A DNA stretch of 49,175 nucleotides from an uncultured Clostridia bacterium (GTDB taxonomy: Bacteria > Bacillota > Clostridia > TANB77 > CAG-508): NCBI GenBank assembly GCA_944392505.1, contig CALXWU010000002.1, forward strand, positions 1 to 49,175, written 5' to 3'. Both the position numbers and the translations under genes were made by a program. Of the stretch, positions 19,560 through 28,286 are shown piece by piece (the first letter of the stretch is position 1; every line of letters begins with the position of its first letter). Under the pieces are notes generated by a model. That model was not told where the DNA came from and did no database searches. It was given only the letters and a program-made list of their open reading frames with translations.

Positions 19560-20696
19560 TTAATCTTGTTTTTTATCAGCAACTAAATCTTTTCTCTTAA
19601 AGGCATTTACACTAATTATACCAAGACCAATTATTGCTGTGATAAATCTAATTGGAGCTCCTACATAAGGTATATAACTAATTAATTCAAGAATTAAAAC
19701 TATTAACAATGATAACAATACATATGCAACATTACCATTCCAATTAAATTTATTTGCTATTCGTTTACCAATTGCCATGCTGAATACTGTATTTGAAATT
19801 GAAAACGCTAAAATCAATAATCCTACAGTTGCTACAGCTATCATTGCACCGAAACCAGATGTAAATAATAATAGTAAGAATGCAATAATAATTATTCCGA
19901 AAAATACTAATAAACCAATACCAAAAGATAGAAATCCTTTTTTAGATATAATTTCACATACTCTATCTTTAAACTTAGGTGCAATCCAAATAGTTAGCAT
20001 TATGATTACAAAAGCATATAGTAGAACAGAAATTATATTACTTATTTCACTAAGTATAATAGTAGAAGTATCTACCTCTGCAGGAGCTGTATATGAAATT
20101 TCTCCACTTACAACACCTTCTGGTATTTGGAATTCAGATTCTGCCGTGTAACTCAAATCTCCTCCAATAATTTCTTCTGAACTTTCAGGAATTGATAAAT
20201 TATTGCAGGTAAGGTTGGCATCTCTACCAATTTGACCAGATAGTGAAACTGAATCTGCTGACAAGTTTATGTTTCTGTCTATGTATCCTGTTTCATCTAA
20301 AACAAATTCTGAGGATGTCATTGCGTATACATCTGATGCAAGTCCAGAAATAGTAATATTAGTTGCTAATGCAAAAATATTTCCATATACTACAGCGTCT
20401 TTAGAAATATTTAGAGAATTTGCTATAACGAAAAGATCACCATAAATTTCTCCTGTAACATTAACTGTTCCACCGTAAACAAATGCATTACCATGTATTA
20501 TATCAGATATTTCTACATTTGCATCAAATAAGAATAAATCTGAAGCAACAAAAGTATAATTGGTTTCATAAGATGATAAAATATCCTCGTCAACAGTATT
20601 AGTAGTTACTTCATTTGTAGCAAAAGAAACGCTAGATAAGCTTACAAATAATATTAAAAAAGCAATTAATATTATTTTACTAAAAAGTTTTCTCAA
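19560..20696 (-). CDS. Membrane protein: signal peptide, beta-helix (bactofilin/polymer-forming-like) repeats and a C-terminal multi-TM domain
   Basis: 378 aa. N-terminal signal-like segment, repeated G-x-I/V-x-G-D/N motifs (VYGGTVNVTGEIYGDLFV, VVYGNIFALATNITISG), then 4-5 hydrophobic helices. RBS AAGGAGGG with a TTG start. Confidence 0.65.
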   Translation of the reverse strand: MRKLFSKIILIAFLILFVSLSSVSFATNEVTTNTVDEDILSSYETNYTFVASDLFLFDANVEISDIIHGNAFVYGGTVNVTGEIYGDLFVIANSLNISKDAVVYGNIFALATNITISGLASDVYAMTSSEFVLDETGYIDRNINLSADSVSLSGQIGRDANLTCNNLSIPESSEEIIGGDLSYTAESEFQIPEGVVSGEISYTAPAEVDTSTIILSEISNIISVLLYAFVIIMLTIWIAPKFKDRVCEIISKKGFLSFGIGLLVFFGIIIIAFLLLLFTSGFGAMIAVATVGLLILAFSISNTVFSMAIGKRIANKFNWNGNVAYVLLSLLIVLILELISYIPYVGAPIRFITAIIGLGIISVNAFKRKDLVADKKQD

Positions 20697-20754
20697 AAAA
20701 ATCCCTCCTTATAAATTATATAGATATAATATAATTATATGGAAGTTTTGTCAA

Positions 20755-20877
20755 TTATTTCTTAGAATAATATATGCAATCTTTGTTGGAAGTAATTTTT
20801 TGAACTTGAATATTTTCTAAATGACATTTACCATCAATTTGATATTTACAATCACAAGAACAATTTATATTTGTCAA
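20755..20877 (-). CDS. Possible DUF1540-like Cys-rich small protein (40 aa, TTG start)
   Basis: LTNINCSCDCKYQIDGKCHLENIQVQKITSNKDCIYYSKK. The C-x-C-x-C-x-Y...G-x-C...I-x-V pattern resembles DUF1540. GGGGTGG lies 7 nt upstream. Below the track's length cut-off. Confidence 0.4.
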   Translation of the reverse strand: MTNINCSCDCKYQIDGKCHLENIQVQKITSNKDCIYYSKK

Positions 20878-20922
20878 AATAAAACCACCCCATAATGTAT
20901 ATTATGGGAGGATTTTCGAAAA

Positions 20923-21558
20923 TTATGCGTTCTTGCAATAATTTTTACAATAATTCTTGATAGGACATTCTTCACATTTTGGAGAGCGTGCTGTACAAAT
21001 TGCTCTGCCATGATATATTAAAATATGATTGATATCTTTTAAATATTCATATGGAAATAGTTTTAATAGATCTTGCTCAATTTTTTCAGGTGTTTCCTCT
21101 TTAGAAAAACCTATTCTATTTGAAAGTCTTTTAGCATGAGTATCAACGGCAATGCCTTGAGGTTTATTAAATGCTTCAAGCATCACTACATTTGCAGTTT
21201 TTCTACCAACTCCGGGCAAGCTTAGTAATTCTTCCATGGTTTCAGGAACTTTACCATCAAATTCTTCTACAATTTTCTTGGCTGTTAATTTAATGTTTTT
21301 TGCTTTATTTTTATAAAAACCACATGGGTGAATGAGTTCTTCTAAAGTTTCTAATGTCATTTTGTTAAAATCTTCTGGAGTAGAATATTTACTAAATATA
21401 TTAGGAGTAGTTTTATTTACTCTTTCATCTGTGCATTGTGCAGATAAAATAACTGCCACCAACATTTCAAATGGGGTAGTAAAATCAAGGCTACATTTAG
21501 CATCAGGATATGTATCTTTTAAAATATCTATAATTTTTATTGCTGCTTCTTTTTTCAT
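20923..21558 (-). CDS. nth: Endonuclease III
   Basis: HhH-GPD (LPGVGRKTANVV), catalytic K/D context and a 4Fe-4S loop (CTARSPKCEECPIKNYC). Confidence 0.92.
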   Translation of the reverse strand: MKKEAAIKIIDILKDTYPDAKCSLDFTTPFEMLVAVILSAQCTDERVNKTTPNIFSKYSTPEDFNKMTLETLEELIHPCGFYKNKAKNIKLTAKKIVEEFDGKVPETMEELLSLPGVGRKTANVVMLEAFNKPQGIAVDTHAKRLSNRIGFSKEETPEKIEQDLLKLFPYEYLKDINHILIYHGRAICTARSPKCEECPIKNYCKNYCKNA

Positions 21559-21640
21559 ATATTACTATCTCCTTAAATTAATTATCAATATTAAATCACA
21601 AAAACTTAAATTTTACAAGACTCAAGAAAAGAGAGACCCC

Positions 21641-21886
21641 TTAAAAGGGGCCTTGAGTTGCAAAGAGTATTTTGCCTTTGCAAATGAAGGAAATTGCTGT
21701 AGGTACAATGTAAAAGGTTTTCATTAAGAAGCGACCGATTTTGGTATCTTGGGATTCCAAAACCATTTTATTCCAAGCAGTGGAATAAGTCTCTTCTTCA
21801 CAGCAAGTGTGGCAGACTTCAGCGGTCATAAGACCATTAAAGAATGCGTAAAAGAAAACTACGAGTACCAGAAACAAAGTTGTCAT
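21641..21886 (-). CDS. Hypothetical small membrane/Cys-rich protein (81 aa)
   Basis: Very strong RBS (AGGAGGAAAAAATT-ATG), an N-terminal TM helix, then CHTCCEEE. The stop lies inside a GGCCCC/GGGGTC hairpin. No family recognised. Confidence 0.5.
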   Translation of the reverse strand: MTTLFLVLVVFFYAFFNGLMTAEVCHTCCEEETYSTAWNKMVLESQDTKIGRFLMKTFYIVPTAISFICKGKILFATQGPF

Positions 21887-22029
21887 AATTTTTTCCTCCT
21901 AAATATAAAGTGATATAATAATTATAACATTTTTTCTGAAAAATGACAAACTGCTAGGATATACATAACATAAATAGTAACAAAGATGAAAAAAGATAAT
22001 ATAATATACAAATGATAGGAGGTAATATA

Positions 22030-22179
22030 ATGTGTAAAATATTAAAGAAAACATTAGCAGTTTGCCTAATAGGACTAGGTTTAGGAATTTTATTAGTATT
22101 ATTACTTCCTATATCAGGTTGGCTATTCATAATTGGGGTAGTGGTAGTTAGCGTAGGCTTAATGTGGTTATGTTCATAA
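22030..22179 (+). CDS. Small hydrophobic protein (49 aa), not in the ORF track
   Basis: MCKILKKTLAVCLIGLGLGILLVLLLPISGWLFIIGVVVVSVGLMWLCS has two predicted TM helices. RBS TAGGAGGT 7 nt upstream. Immediately precedes spoVM. Confidence 0.5.
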   Translation: MCKILKKTLAVCLIGLGLGILLVLLLPISGWLFIIGVVVVSVGLMWLCS

Positions 22180-22194
22180 AAAAGGAGGAATATT

Positions 22195-22275
22195 ATGACT
22201 ATAGTAGTAAAAAAAGTTCCAAAATTTTTAAGAGGAATTGTAAAATTAATTTTCGGAATTAAAGATAATACATAA
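22195..22275 (+). CDS. spoVM: Stage V sporulation protein M (26 aa)
   Basis: MTIVVKKVPKFLRGIVKLIFGIKDNT compares with B. subtilis SpoVM MKFYTIKLPKFLGGIVRAMLGSFRKD: same length, shared PKFLxGIV core. RBS AAGGAGG 7 nt upstream and a terminator directly downstream. Confidence 0.8.
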   Translation: MTIVVKKVPKFLRGIVKLIFGIKDNT

Positions 22276-22288
22276 GAAGAAAAAGAGA

Positions 22289-22331
22289 TTAAGTGTGGAC
22301 AAAAGGGACACTTGTTTTTGTCCACACTTAA
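22289..22331 (+). terminator. Intrinsic terminator after spoVM
   Basis: TTAAGTGTGGACAAAA / TTTTGTCCACACTTAA, a 16-bp perfect stem around GGGACACTTG. Confidence 0.8.
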
Positions 22332-22414
22332 CTATTGCAATTTGTAAAAATATGTAATATAATTTTTATGTCTATATTAACAATAGAATACTTACAAAGA
22401 ATAGGGGAATGAAT

Positions 22415-24169
22415 ATGAAGGCAATAGAGATAAGAAATAAATATTTAAACTTTTTTAAGAATCATGGACATGCTGTAATACCAAGTGCACCGCTAATACC
22501 AGAAAATGATCCATCCGTATTATTTACTACAGCTGGTATGCAACCATTAGTACCATATTTATTAGGTGAAAAACATCCAGAAGGAAAAAGACTTACAGAT
22601 TATCAAAAATGCTTACGTACTAATGATATAGATGAAGTTGGAGATAATAGACATTTAACATATTTTGAAATGCTTGGGAACTGGTCATTGGGCGATTATT
22701 TTAAAGAAGAATCTGTAGCAATGAGTTTTGAATTCTTAACAAAAGAATTAGGAATTCCAGTAGAAAAGTTATCAGTTACATGTTTTGCAGGAGATGAAGA
22801 TGCTCCAAGAGACACTATAACAGCTGAGTGCTGGAAAAAAGCAGGAATACCAGAAGACAGAATATATTATTATGGAAAAGATGACAATTGGTGGATAGCA
22901 GGGGAAGAAGGACCATGTGGCCCAGATACAGAAATGTTCTATGATACTGGCAAACCAGCGTGTGGCCCGGCTTGTGGACCATCTTGTGATTGTGGCAAAT
23001 ATGTCGAAATCTGGAACAATGTATTTATGGAATACTATAAATCAAAAGATGGAATATATACAAAATTAAAACAACGTAATGTGGATACAGGCTTAGGACT
23101 AGAAAGAATGACAATGCTTTTACAAGGTAAAAGTTCACCATTTGATACAGAATTATTCTCTCCAGTAATGGATAAATTAAAAGAACTTGCAAAAATAGAT
23201 AGTATAGAGAGTAGAAGAATAGTTGCAGAACATTTACGTGCAAGTATGATGATAATTTCAGATGGGGGCAGGCCTTCTAATATAGATAGAGGATATGTTC
23301 TAAGAAAACTAATAAGAAGAATGGCAAGACACCTAAACAAAATGCAAGTAAACCTAGAGGAATTAGGCAATTTAATTGATTTGAATATTCAAACTTTAAG
23401 TGAAATGTATCCAGAACTTGAAAAAAATAGAGAGATAATAAAACAGGTAATCATAGAAGAAAAAGATAAGTTCATGAAAACTTTAGCCCATGGAGAAAAA
23501 GAATTTGAAAAAGCAATAAATAGGGCAAAAGTTGAGAATAAAAATATTATTGATGGACAAACTATATTTAAGCTTTATGAGACGTACGGATTTCCGCCAG
23601 AAATTACTGCTGATTTAGCTAGAGAACAAGGATTTGAAATAGACAATTCAGAATTTGAAAAATTATTTAAAGAGCATCAAGAAAAATCAAGAATGGGTAG
23701 TGAACAAAAATTTAAAGGTGGACTAGCAGAACAGAATGAAAAAACAATAGCATATCACACAGCAACACATTTACTTCATAAGGCATTACAAATTGTTCTA
23801 GGAGAGCATGCAACACAAAAAGGTTCAAACATAACCACAGAAAGATTAAGATTCGACTTTTCACATCCCGAAAAAATGACAAAAGAACAATTACAAAAAG
23901 TAGAAGATATAGTAAATAAACAAATAAAAAGAGACTTACCTGTAGCTTATGAAGAAATGACTTTAGAAGCAGCAAAAAAATCAGGAGCAATGGGATTGTT
24001 TGAAAGCAAATATGGAGAAAAAGTAAAAGTATACACAATAGGAGACTTTAGTAAAGAAATTTGCGGAGGCCCTCATGTAACACATACTGGAGAACTTGGG
24101 CATTTCAAAATACTAAAGGAAGAATCAAGTTCAGCAGGAGTAAGAAGAATTAAAGCAATTTTGGAATAA
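22415..24169 (+). CDS. alaS: Alanine--tRNA ligase, short form (catalytic, tRNA-recognition and editing domains; no C-Ala domain)
   Basis: FTTAGMQ, HLTYFEMLGNWSLGDYFK, VDTGLGLER, editing HTATHLLH and CGGPHV. Ends 3 residues after GVRRIKAI. Second ATG (22415) preferred because of RBS spacing. Confidence 0.85.
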   Translation: MKAIEIRNKYLNFFKNHGHAVIPSAPLIPENDPSVLFTTAGMQPLVPYLLGEKHPEGKRLTDYQKCLRTNDIDEVGDNRHLTYFEMLGNWSLGDYFKEESVAMSFEFLTKELGIPVEKLSVTCFAGDEDAPRDTITAECWKKAGIPEDRIYYYGKDDNWWIAGEEGPCGPDTEMFYDTGKPACGPACGPSCDCGKYVEIWNNVFMEYYKSKDGIYTKLKQRNVDTGLGLERMTMLLQGKSSPFDTELFSPVMDKLKELAKIDSIESRRIVAEHLRASMMIISDGGRPSNIDRGYVLRKLIRRMARHLNKMQVNLEELGNLIDLNIQTLSEMYPELEKNREIIKQVIIEEKDKFMKTLAHGEKEFEKAINRAKVENKNIIDGQTIFKLYETYGFPPEITADLAREQGFEIDNSEFEKLFKEHQEKSRMGSEQKFKGGLAEQNEKTIAYHTATHLLHKALQIVLGEHATQKGSNITTERLRFDFSHPEKMTKEQLQKVEDIVNKQIKRDLPVAYEEMTLEAAKKSGAMGLFESKYGEKVKVYTIGDFSKEICGGPHVTHTGELGHFKILKEESSSAGVRRIKAILE

Positions 24170-24171
24170 TT

Positions 24172-24230
24172 GGGACAGGTGTTTTTGTGACAAAAGTGGT
24201 AAAAAGGAACAGGTGCAAAAACGACAAATT
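24172..24230 (+). repeat. Repeat type B copy 1 (GGGACAGGTGTTTTTGTGACAAAAGTGGTAA plus a degenerate second unit)
   Basis: The first 31 nt are identical to 29850-29880. A second unit GGAACAGGTGCAAAAACGACAAA starts 34 nt later. Begins 2 nt after the alaS stop. Confidence 0.75.
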
Positions 24231-24274
24231 AAAGTTGAAATTATTGTATAGAATTGAGAAAAGAGGTAATTATA

Positions 24275-24619
24275 ATGGAAGATTGCATTTTTTGTAAAAT
24301 AATTAAAAAGGAAATTCCTTCAACAATTATATATGAGGATGATAAAGTTATTGCATTTAATGATGTAAACCCTGCAGCTCCAATTCATATATTAGTAGTT
24401 CCTAAAAAACATATTGAAACCCTATTAGATGTGTCAGATCAAGATAATGAGCTAATTTCATATGTTTATCAAATTATAAATAAAATTGCAAAAGAAAAAG
24501 GATTTGCAAATAATGGATTTAGAGTTATAGTAAATTGTGGTAAGGATTCTGGACAAGAAGTTATGCACATTCATTTCCATGTACTTGGTGGCAAAAAATT
24601 AGGGGATAAAATTGTATAA
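24275..24619 (+). CDS. HIT-family (histidine triad) protein
   Basis: CIFCKI N-terminus and HIHFHVLGG triad. Confidence 0.88.
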   Translation: MEDCIFCKIIKKEIPSTIIYEDDKVIAFNDVNPAAPIHILVVPKKHIETLLDVSDQDNELISYVYQIINKIAKEKGFANNGFRVIVNCGKDSGQEVMHIHFHVLGGKKLGDKIV

Positions 24620-24701
24620 TATAAGAACGATAAACTATAGATTATGTAAAAAAATTATGATATAATATATTTATGTAGTAAAAAACGAGGGAGGAAATGA
24701 T

Positions 24702-25421
24702 ATGAATAATAAGAATAATGTTTTTAATAATAAATATAGTAAAACTTTAACTATAGTTCTTATATTAGTTATTATTGCCATTATAGGATTACTCATATTT
24801 TTTGGGATAGACGTTTATAAAAAATATTATATTGATGAAGTATCTGGGAATGCTGCAGAAGATTTTAGAAATCAATTTAATAATTCAACTATAAATGATG
24901 TTGACAATGAGATAGATAATGAAATATTGAATAATATTGGACCAAGTATTGATTTGAATTCACTTTACCAAAATACTACTACAACAGAGCCAGATGATGA
25001 GCCAGGAGACCATTATGGATATGACATTATAGGAACAATAGAAATACCTGCAACTGGTGTAGATTATCCAATTGTACCAGATTACCAAGGAAGTATCAAT
25101 TCATTAAACGTTGCTATTGTAATGCTATATCCTAGTAATATAGGATTAAATGAAGTTGGAAATACTGTACTTGCGGGGCATAACTATAGAAATGGTACCT
25201 TCTTTTCAAATAATAAAAGGTTACAGCTTGGAGATAAAATTTATATAACAGACGAATCAGGCGAAAGAGTTGAATATGTTATAACTAGAAAATATGAAAC
25301 AGATACAGGTGATTCTTCATTCATGAATAGAGATACAGAAGGCAGAAGAGAGATTTCATTAACAACTTGTACAGATGATACAAGTAGAAGATTAATAATA
25401 TGGGCACAAGAAGTAGAATAA
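24702..25421 (+). CDS. Sortase-family transpeptidase
   Basis: N-terminal TM anchor, LAGHNY (His), ISLTTCT (TLxTC Cys), downstream Arg. RBS GGGAGGA. Confidence 0.85.
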   Translation: MNNKNNVFNNKYSKTLTIVLILVIIAIIGLLIFFGIDVYKKYYIDEVSGNAAEDFRNQFNNSTINDVDNEIDNEILNNIGPSIDLNSLYQNTTTTEPDDEPGDHYGYDIIGTIEIPATGVDYPIVPDYQGSINSLNVAIVMLYPSNIGLNEVGNTVLAGHNYRNGTFFSNNKRLQLGDKIYITDESGERVEYVITRKYETDTGDSSFMNRDTEGRREISLTTCTDDTSRRLIIWAQEVE

Positions 25422-25488
25422 TTTTTTAAAATTAGTTGACAAAAATTGATAGATGGGGTAAAATAATATATGCAGTTATATTGAAGAT

Positions 25489-25566
25489 GGTGGATGTAGC
25501 GTAGTTGGTTAACGCGTCAGTTTGTGGCACTGAAGACCGTGGGTTCGAGTCCCATCTTCCACCCCA
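25489..25566 (+). tRNA. tRNA-His (GTG)
   Basis: Extra 5' G(-1), D stem GCGT/ACGC, anticodon stem TCAGT/ACTGA with loop TTGTGGC, T-loop GGGTTCGAGTCCC, encoded CCA. One acceptor-stem mismatch. Confidence 0.85.
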
Positions 25567-25578
25567 TCTATAATATAT

Positions 25579-25653
25579 TGGGCTGTAGCCAAGTGGTAAG
25601 GCATTAGACTTTGACTCTAACATGCGCTAGTTCGAATCTAGCCAGCCCAACCA
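25579..25653 (+). tRNA. tRNA-Gln (TTG)
   Basis: Acceptor TGGGCTG/CAGCCCA, anticodon stem TTAGA/TCTAA with loop CTTTGAC, T arm GCTAG-TTCGAAT-CTAGC, encoded CCA. Confidence 0.9.
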
Positions 25654-25654
25654 A

Positions 25655-25688
25655 AAAAGACCTCCTTTATAGGAAGTCTTATTTTTTA
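25655..25688. terminator. Bidirectional terminator between the tRNAs and the convergent VWA gene
   Basis: AAGACCTCCT...AGGAAGTCTT stem flanked by an A-run and a T-run. Confidence 0.65.
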
Positions 25689-25694
25689 TTAAAT

Positions 25695-27179
25695 TTATTT
25701 CTCAGAAGAATTTTTTAAATATATCATTCTAGCTATAATAATTATTGCTAATATTGTAATTATTGGTGCAAACCATAAAGTTGAATTATTACCAGTCTGA
25801 GGGATAATTCCGTTTGCAATGGTATTATCTGGTGTAATAACTGGTTCATCATATTGAACTCTAATAGTAGGAGAATCTTCAGAGGTTTCAGTTAATGTAT
25901 TTCCATTATTTTCACCAGTTATATCAACATGTGTATTTGTTTTTATAATCTGACCTACAATTTCTTTATCATAATCATCTTTTAAAGTAAGCTTATAGCT
26001 TAAAGTTGCTGTTTCGCCTTCACTAAGTAATTCAATATTCCAGGTAATAGAATTATTTTCAGTATTTATAGTTTGAGAAACTGTTCCTACATTAGGACTT
26101 GCAACGTATTCAAAATCAAAATTATCTATTATTTCTTGTGGGAAATAATCTGTAATAGTAATATTTCTTAAGGTGTTGTCTGTGGTATCTACAATATTGT
26201 CAAAAATATCATTAACTATTGTGTCTTCAATTTCAGAATCTGGAATATAAAAATATGTGTCTATATTAGGATTTTCCTCAGTACCAAATACTTCCTCTGA
26301 TAAAGCCCTATAGGTTTTATGAGTTGTTGGCTCTACTTCTTCACTATCTAAGTTAATCATAGCACCAATTATTTTAGTACCGCTATTTTCAATTTCTTCT
26401 AATTTAGTTCTGGTTCTGTTAATAACATTGTCTGAATATTGACCAAAAGTTCCATCTGTAGCATTATTTGGAACGCCATCAGTTAATAGAACTATATATC
26501 TTTCTACATTTTCCTTATCTGAAAAGTTATCGTCTGCTAAAGTTAGTCCAGCTTCTATATTTGTTCTTGGCCCAACTTCAAGAACTGATAAATTTGAAAT
26601 AGCAGATTTAACCTCATCAACTGAGCTACTTAAACCTAGTCTTAAATCAGCATCATTTATAGTTCCTTCTGTTTCTCCTTTCGAAGTATCTAAACTAGAG
26701 AAACCAACTACACCAACCTGTATGTTACTGCGAGCTTCAAATAGTTTTTCTACAAGAGAATTTGCTGAATCCAAGACTGATTGTTTTCTTGTTTGACCTC
26801 CAATATAGTTTTCCGTCATACTTGAAGAATTATCTATAACAAAAAATATTTCTACATCTCTTGGAGTTTGTTCTGCTGTTTTATTATTTGTTAAGGTAAG
26901 AGTAAGTGTTACAGATTTTTCAGTTTCATTAAAATTTGTTATTCTTTTTTCAAAAGTAGCAAGATCTTCAATTTCAATAGTGCATATATTATCTTCTACT
27001 ACTTCCAAGGTTGTAGTACCCTCTGAATTTGAAGTTTGATCTTGTACAGCATTAGTGTTATCATCTCCACCTGAATTTATTACAATATTTGAATCTACTG
27101 CGAAAACATTTGCAGTCATACTAAGAATAAAGATGAATGCTACTAAAACCAATAATATTTTACTAACAATTTTCATCAA
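25695..27179 (-). CDS. Cell-wall-anchored von Willebrand factor A domain protein (IPQTG sorting signal)
   Basis: Signal peptide, MIDAS VIDNSSSM, LLTDGVPN, Ig-like C-terminal region, then IPQTG with a hydrophobic helix and basic tail (RMIYLKNSSEK). Confidence 0.85.
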   Translation of the reverse strand: MMKIVSKILLVLVAFIFILSMTANVFAVDSNIVINSGGDDNTNAVQDQTSNSEGTTTLEVVEDNICTIEIEDLATFEKRITNFNETEKSVTLTLTLTNNKTAEQTPRDVEIFFVIDNSSSMTENYIGGQTRKQSVLDSANSLVEKLFEARSNIQVGVVGFSSLDTSKGETEGTINDADLRLGLSSSVDEVKSAISNLSVLEVGPRTNIEAGLTLADDNFSDKENVERYIVLLTDGVPNNATDGTFGQYSDNVINRTRTKLEEIENSGTKIIGAMINLDSEEVEPTTHKTYRALSEEVFGTEENPNIDTYFYIPDSEIEDTIVNDIFDNIVDTTDNTLRNITITDYFPQEIIDNFDFEYVASPNVGTVSQTINTENNSITWNIELLSEGETATLSYKLTLKDDYDKEIVGQIIKTNTHVDITGENNGNTLTETSEDSPTIRVQYDEPVITPDNTIANGIIPQTGNNSTLWFAPIITILAIIIIARMIYLKNSSEK

Positions 27180-27413
27180 CTATCAATCTCCTTTTTATCA
27201 AAATTTCAACACTTATTATATTACAAAAAAATTGTATTAGCAAGGGGAAAACGGATTTTTCTTTTACATTTATGTTACACAATTATTACAAAAATATTAC
27301 ATAATTTAATATATAAAAAGAAAAAAATAATTTTAAATTTTTTGATTTTATGTTACAATATAAATGAAATTACAAAAAGAAATATAATCTATTTAAAGGG
27401 GCTGAATAAAAAC

Positions 27414-28223
27414 TTGACAAAACAAGAAATATTAAGTAAATTCACAAATGAAGAAGATAGACTTTTAATATCAAAATTACTGGATAAAATAGATTTTGCT
27501 ACAAAAAGGAATTCTGTTGAATACACCGATTTTCTTGACATGAGGCAGAGACAACTAATTGAAAAAACACTTGGCGAAATGAAATGTACTAACTATGTGG
27601 CATATGGAGGCTTCAAGAATGCTGAAAGAACCGCTGTTATCATTTATCCTGATAAACTAGAAGAAATTTTTAAAAATGAAGATTTTTCCTTTGACACAAT
27701 ATTTAGTGTGATTAGAATTAAATTACCAAATGAATTAAAAGGAAGGTATTCACATAGAGATTACTTAAGTGGAATAATTAAGATCGGGCTAAAAAGAGAA
27801 AAAGTTGGAGATATAATTACAAGTAAGGGTGGAGCAGATATAATTGTTTTAAAAGCTGCTGAAAAATATGTAGTGAATGGACTAAAAGAATTAACTAGAT
27901 TTAAGAAAGCAGAATTTGAAGTATTGGCATTAAAAGAACTAAGAATAGAAGAACCAAAACTAGAAAAAATGAGTATAATTATTCCATCAATGAGAATAGA
28001 TAGTATGGTATCAGATATAATTAGAACTTCACGAGCAAAAGCATTAGAAATAATTAAAGAGGAAAGAGTATTTGTAAATCATCAGTTAGTTACAAAAGGT
28101 TCAAAAGAAGTGAAAGAAAACGATATAATTACTGTTAGAGGAAAAGGAAGATTTAAGGTTGGAACAATAGTAAATAGTACCAAAAGAGGAAATTTGGTAG
28201 TTGAAATTGAGAAGTATGTTTAA
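27414..28223 (+). CDS. ylmH: YlmH-like RNA-binding S4-domain protein
   Basis: Collinear with B. subtilis YlmH (FLDxRQ, GGxxxAER, C-terminal S4 domain RIDSMVSDIIRTSRAKALEIIKEERVFVNHQ). Start is uncertain; TTG at 27414 was chosen. Confidence 0.7.
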   Translation: MTKQEILSKFTNEEDRLLISKLLDKIDFATKRNSVEYTDFLDMRQRQLIEKTLGEMKCTNYVAYGGFKNAERTAVIIYPDKLEEIFKNEDFSFDTIFSVIRIKLPNELKGRYSHRDYLSGIIKIGLKREKVGDIITSKGGADIIVLKAAEKYVVNGLKELTRFKKAEFEVLALKELRIEEPKLEKMSIIIPSMRIDSMVSDIIRTSRAKALEIIKEERVFVNHQLVTKGSKEVKENDIITVRGKGRFKVGTIVNSTKRGNLVVEIEKYV

Positions 28224-28286
28224 TATTTTGTTTCTCATAATAATATGATACGTAAAATAATTGTGAATAGTAACAATTAGAGAGGA

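Noticed and set aside
21954-22325. 123-aa minus-strand ORF from the track.
   Set aside because: It has no RBS and runs through a terminator hairpin. The plus strand here encodes two RBS-preceded small ORFs, one of which is a clear SpoVM match.
25432-25623. 63-aa minus-strand ORF.
   Set aside because: It overlaps tRNA-His and tRNA-Gln on the opposite strand, so it is an artefact.
27180-27413. Possible c-di-GMP or other riboswitch in the long AT-rich leader of the VWA adhesin gene. C. difficile sortase substrates are sometimes under such control.
   Set aside because: I could not find the conserved GEMM-type motifs or any convincing stem architecture. The region is almost pure A/T.
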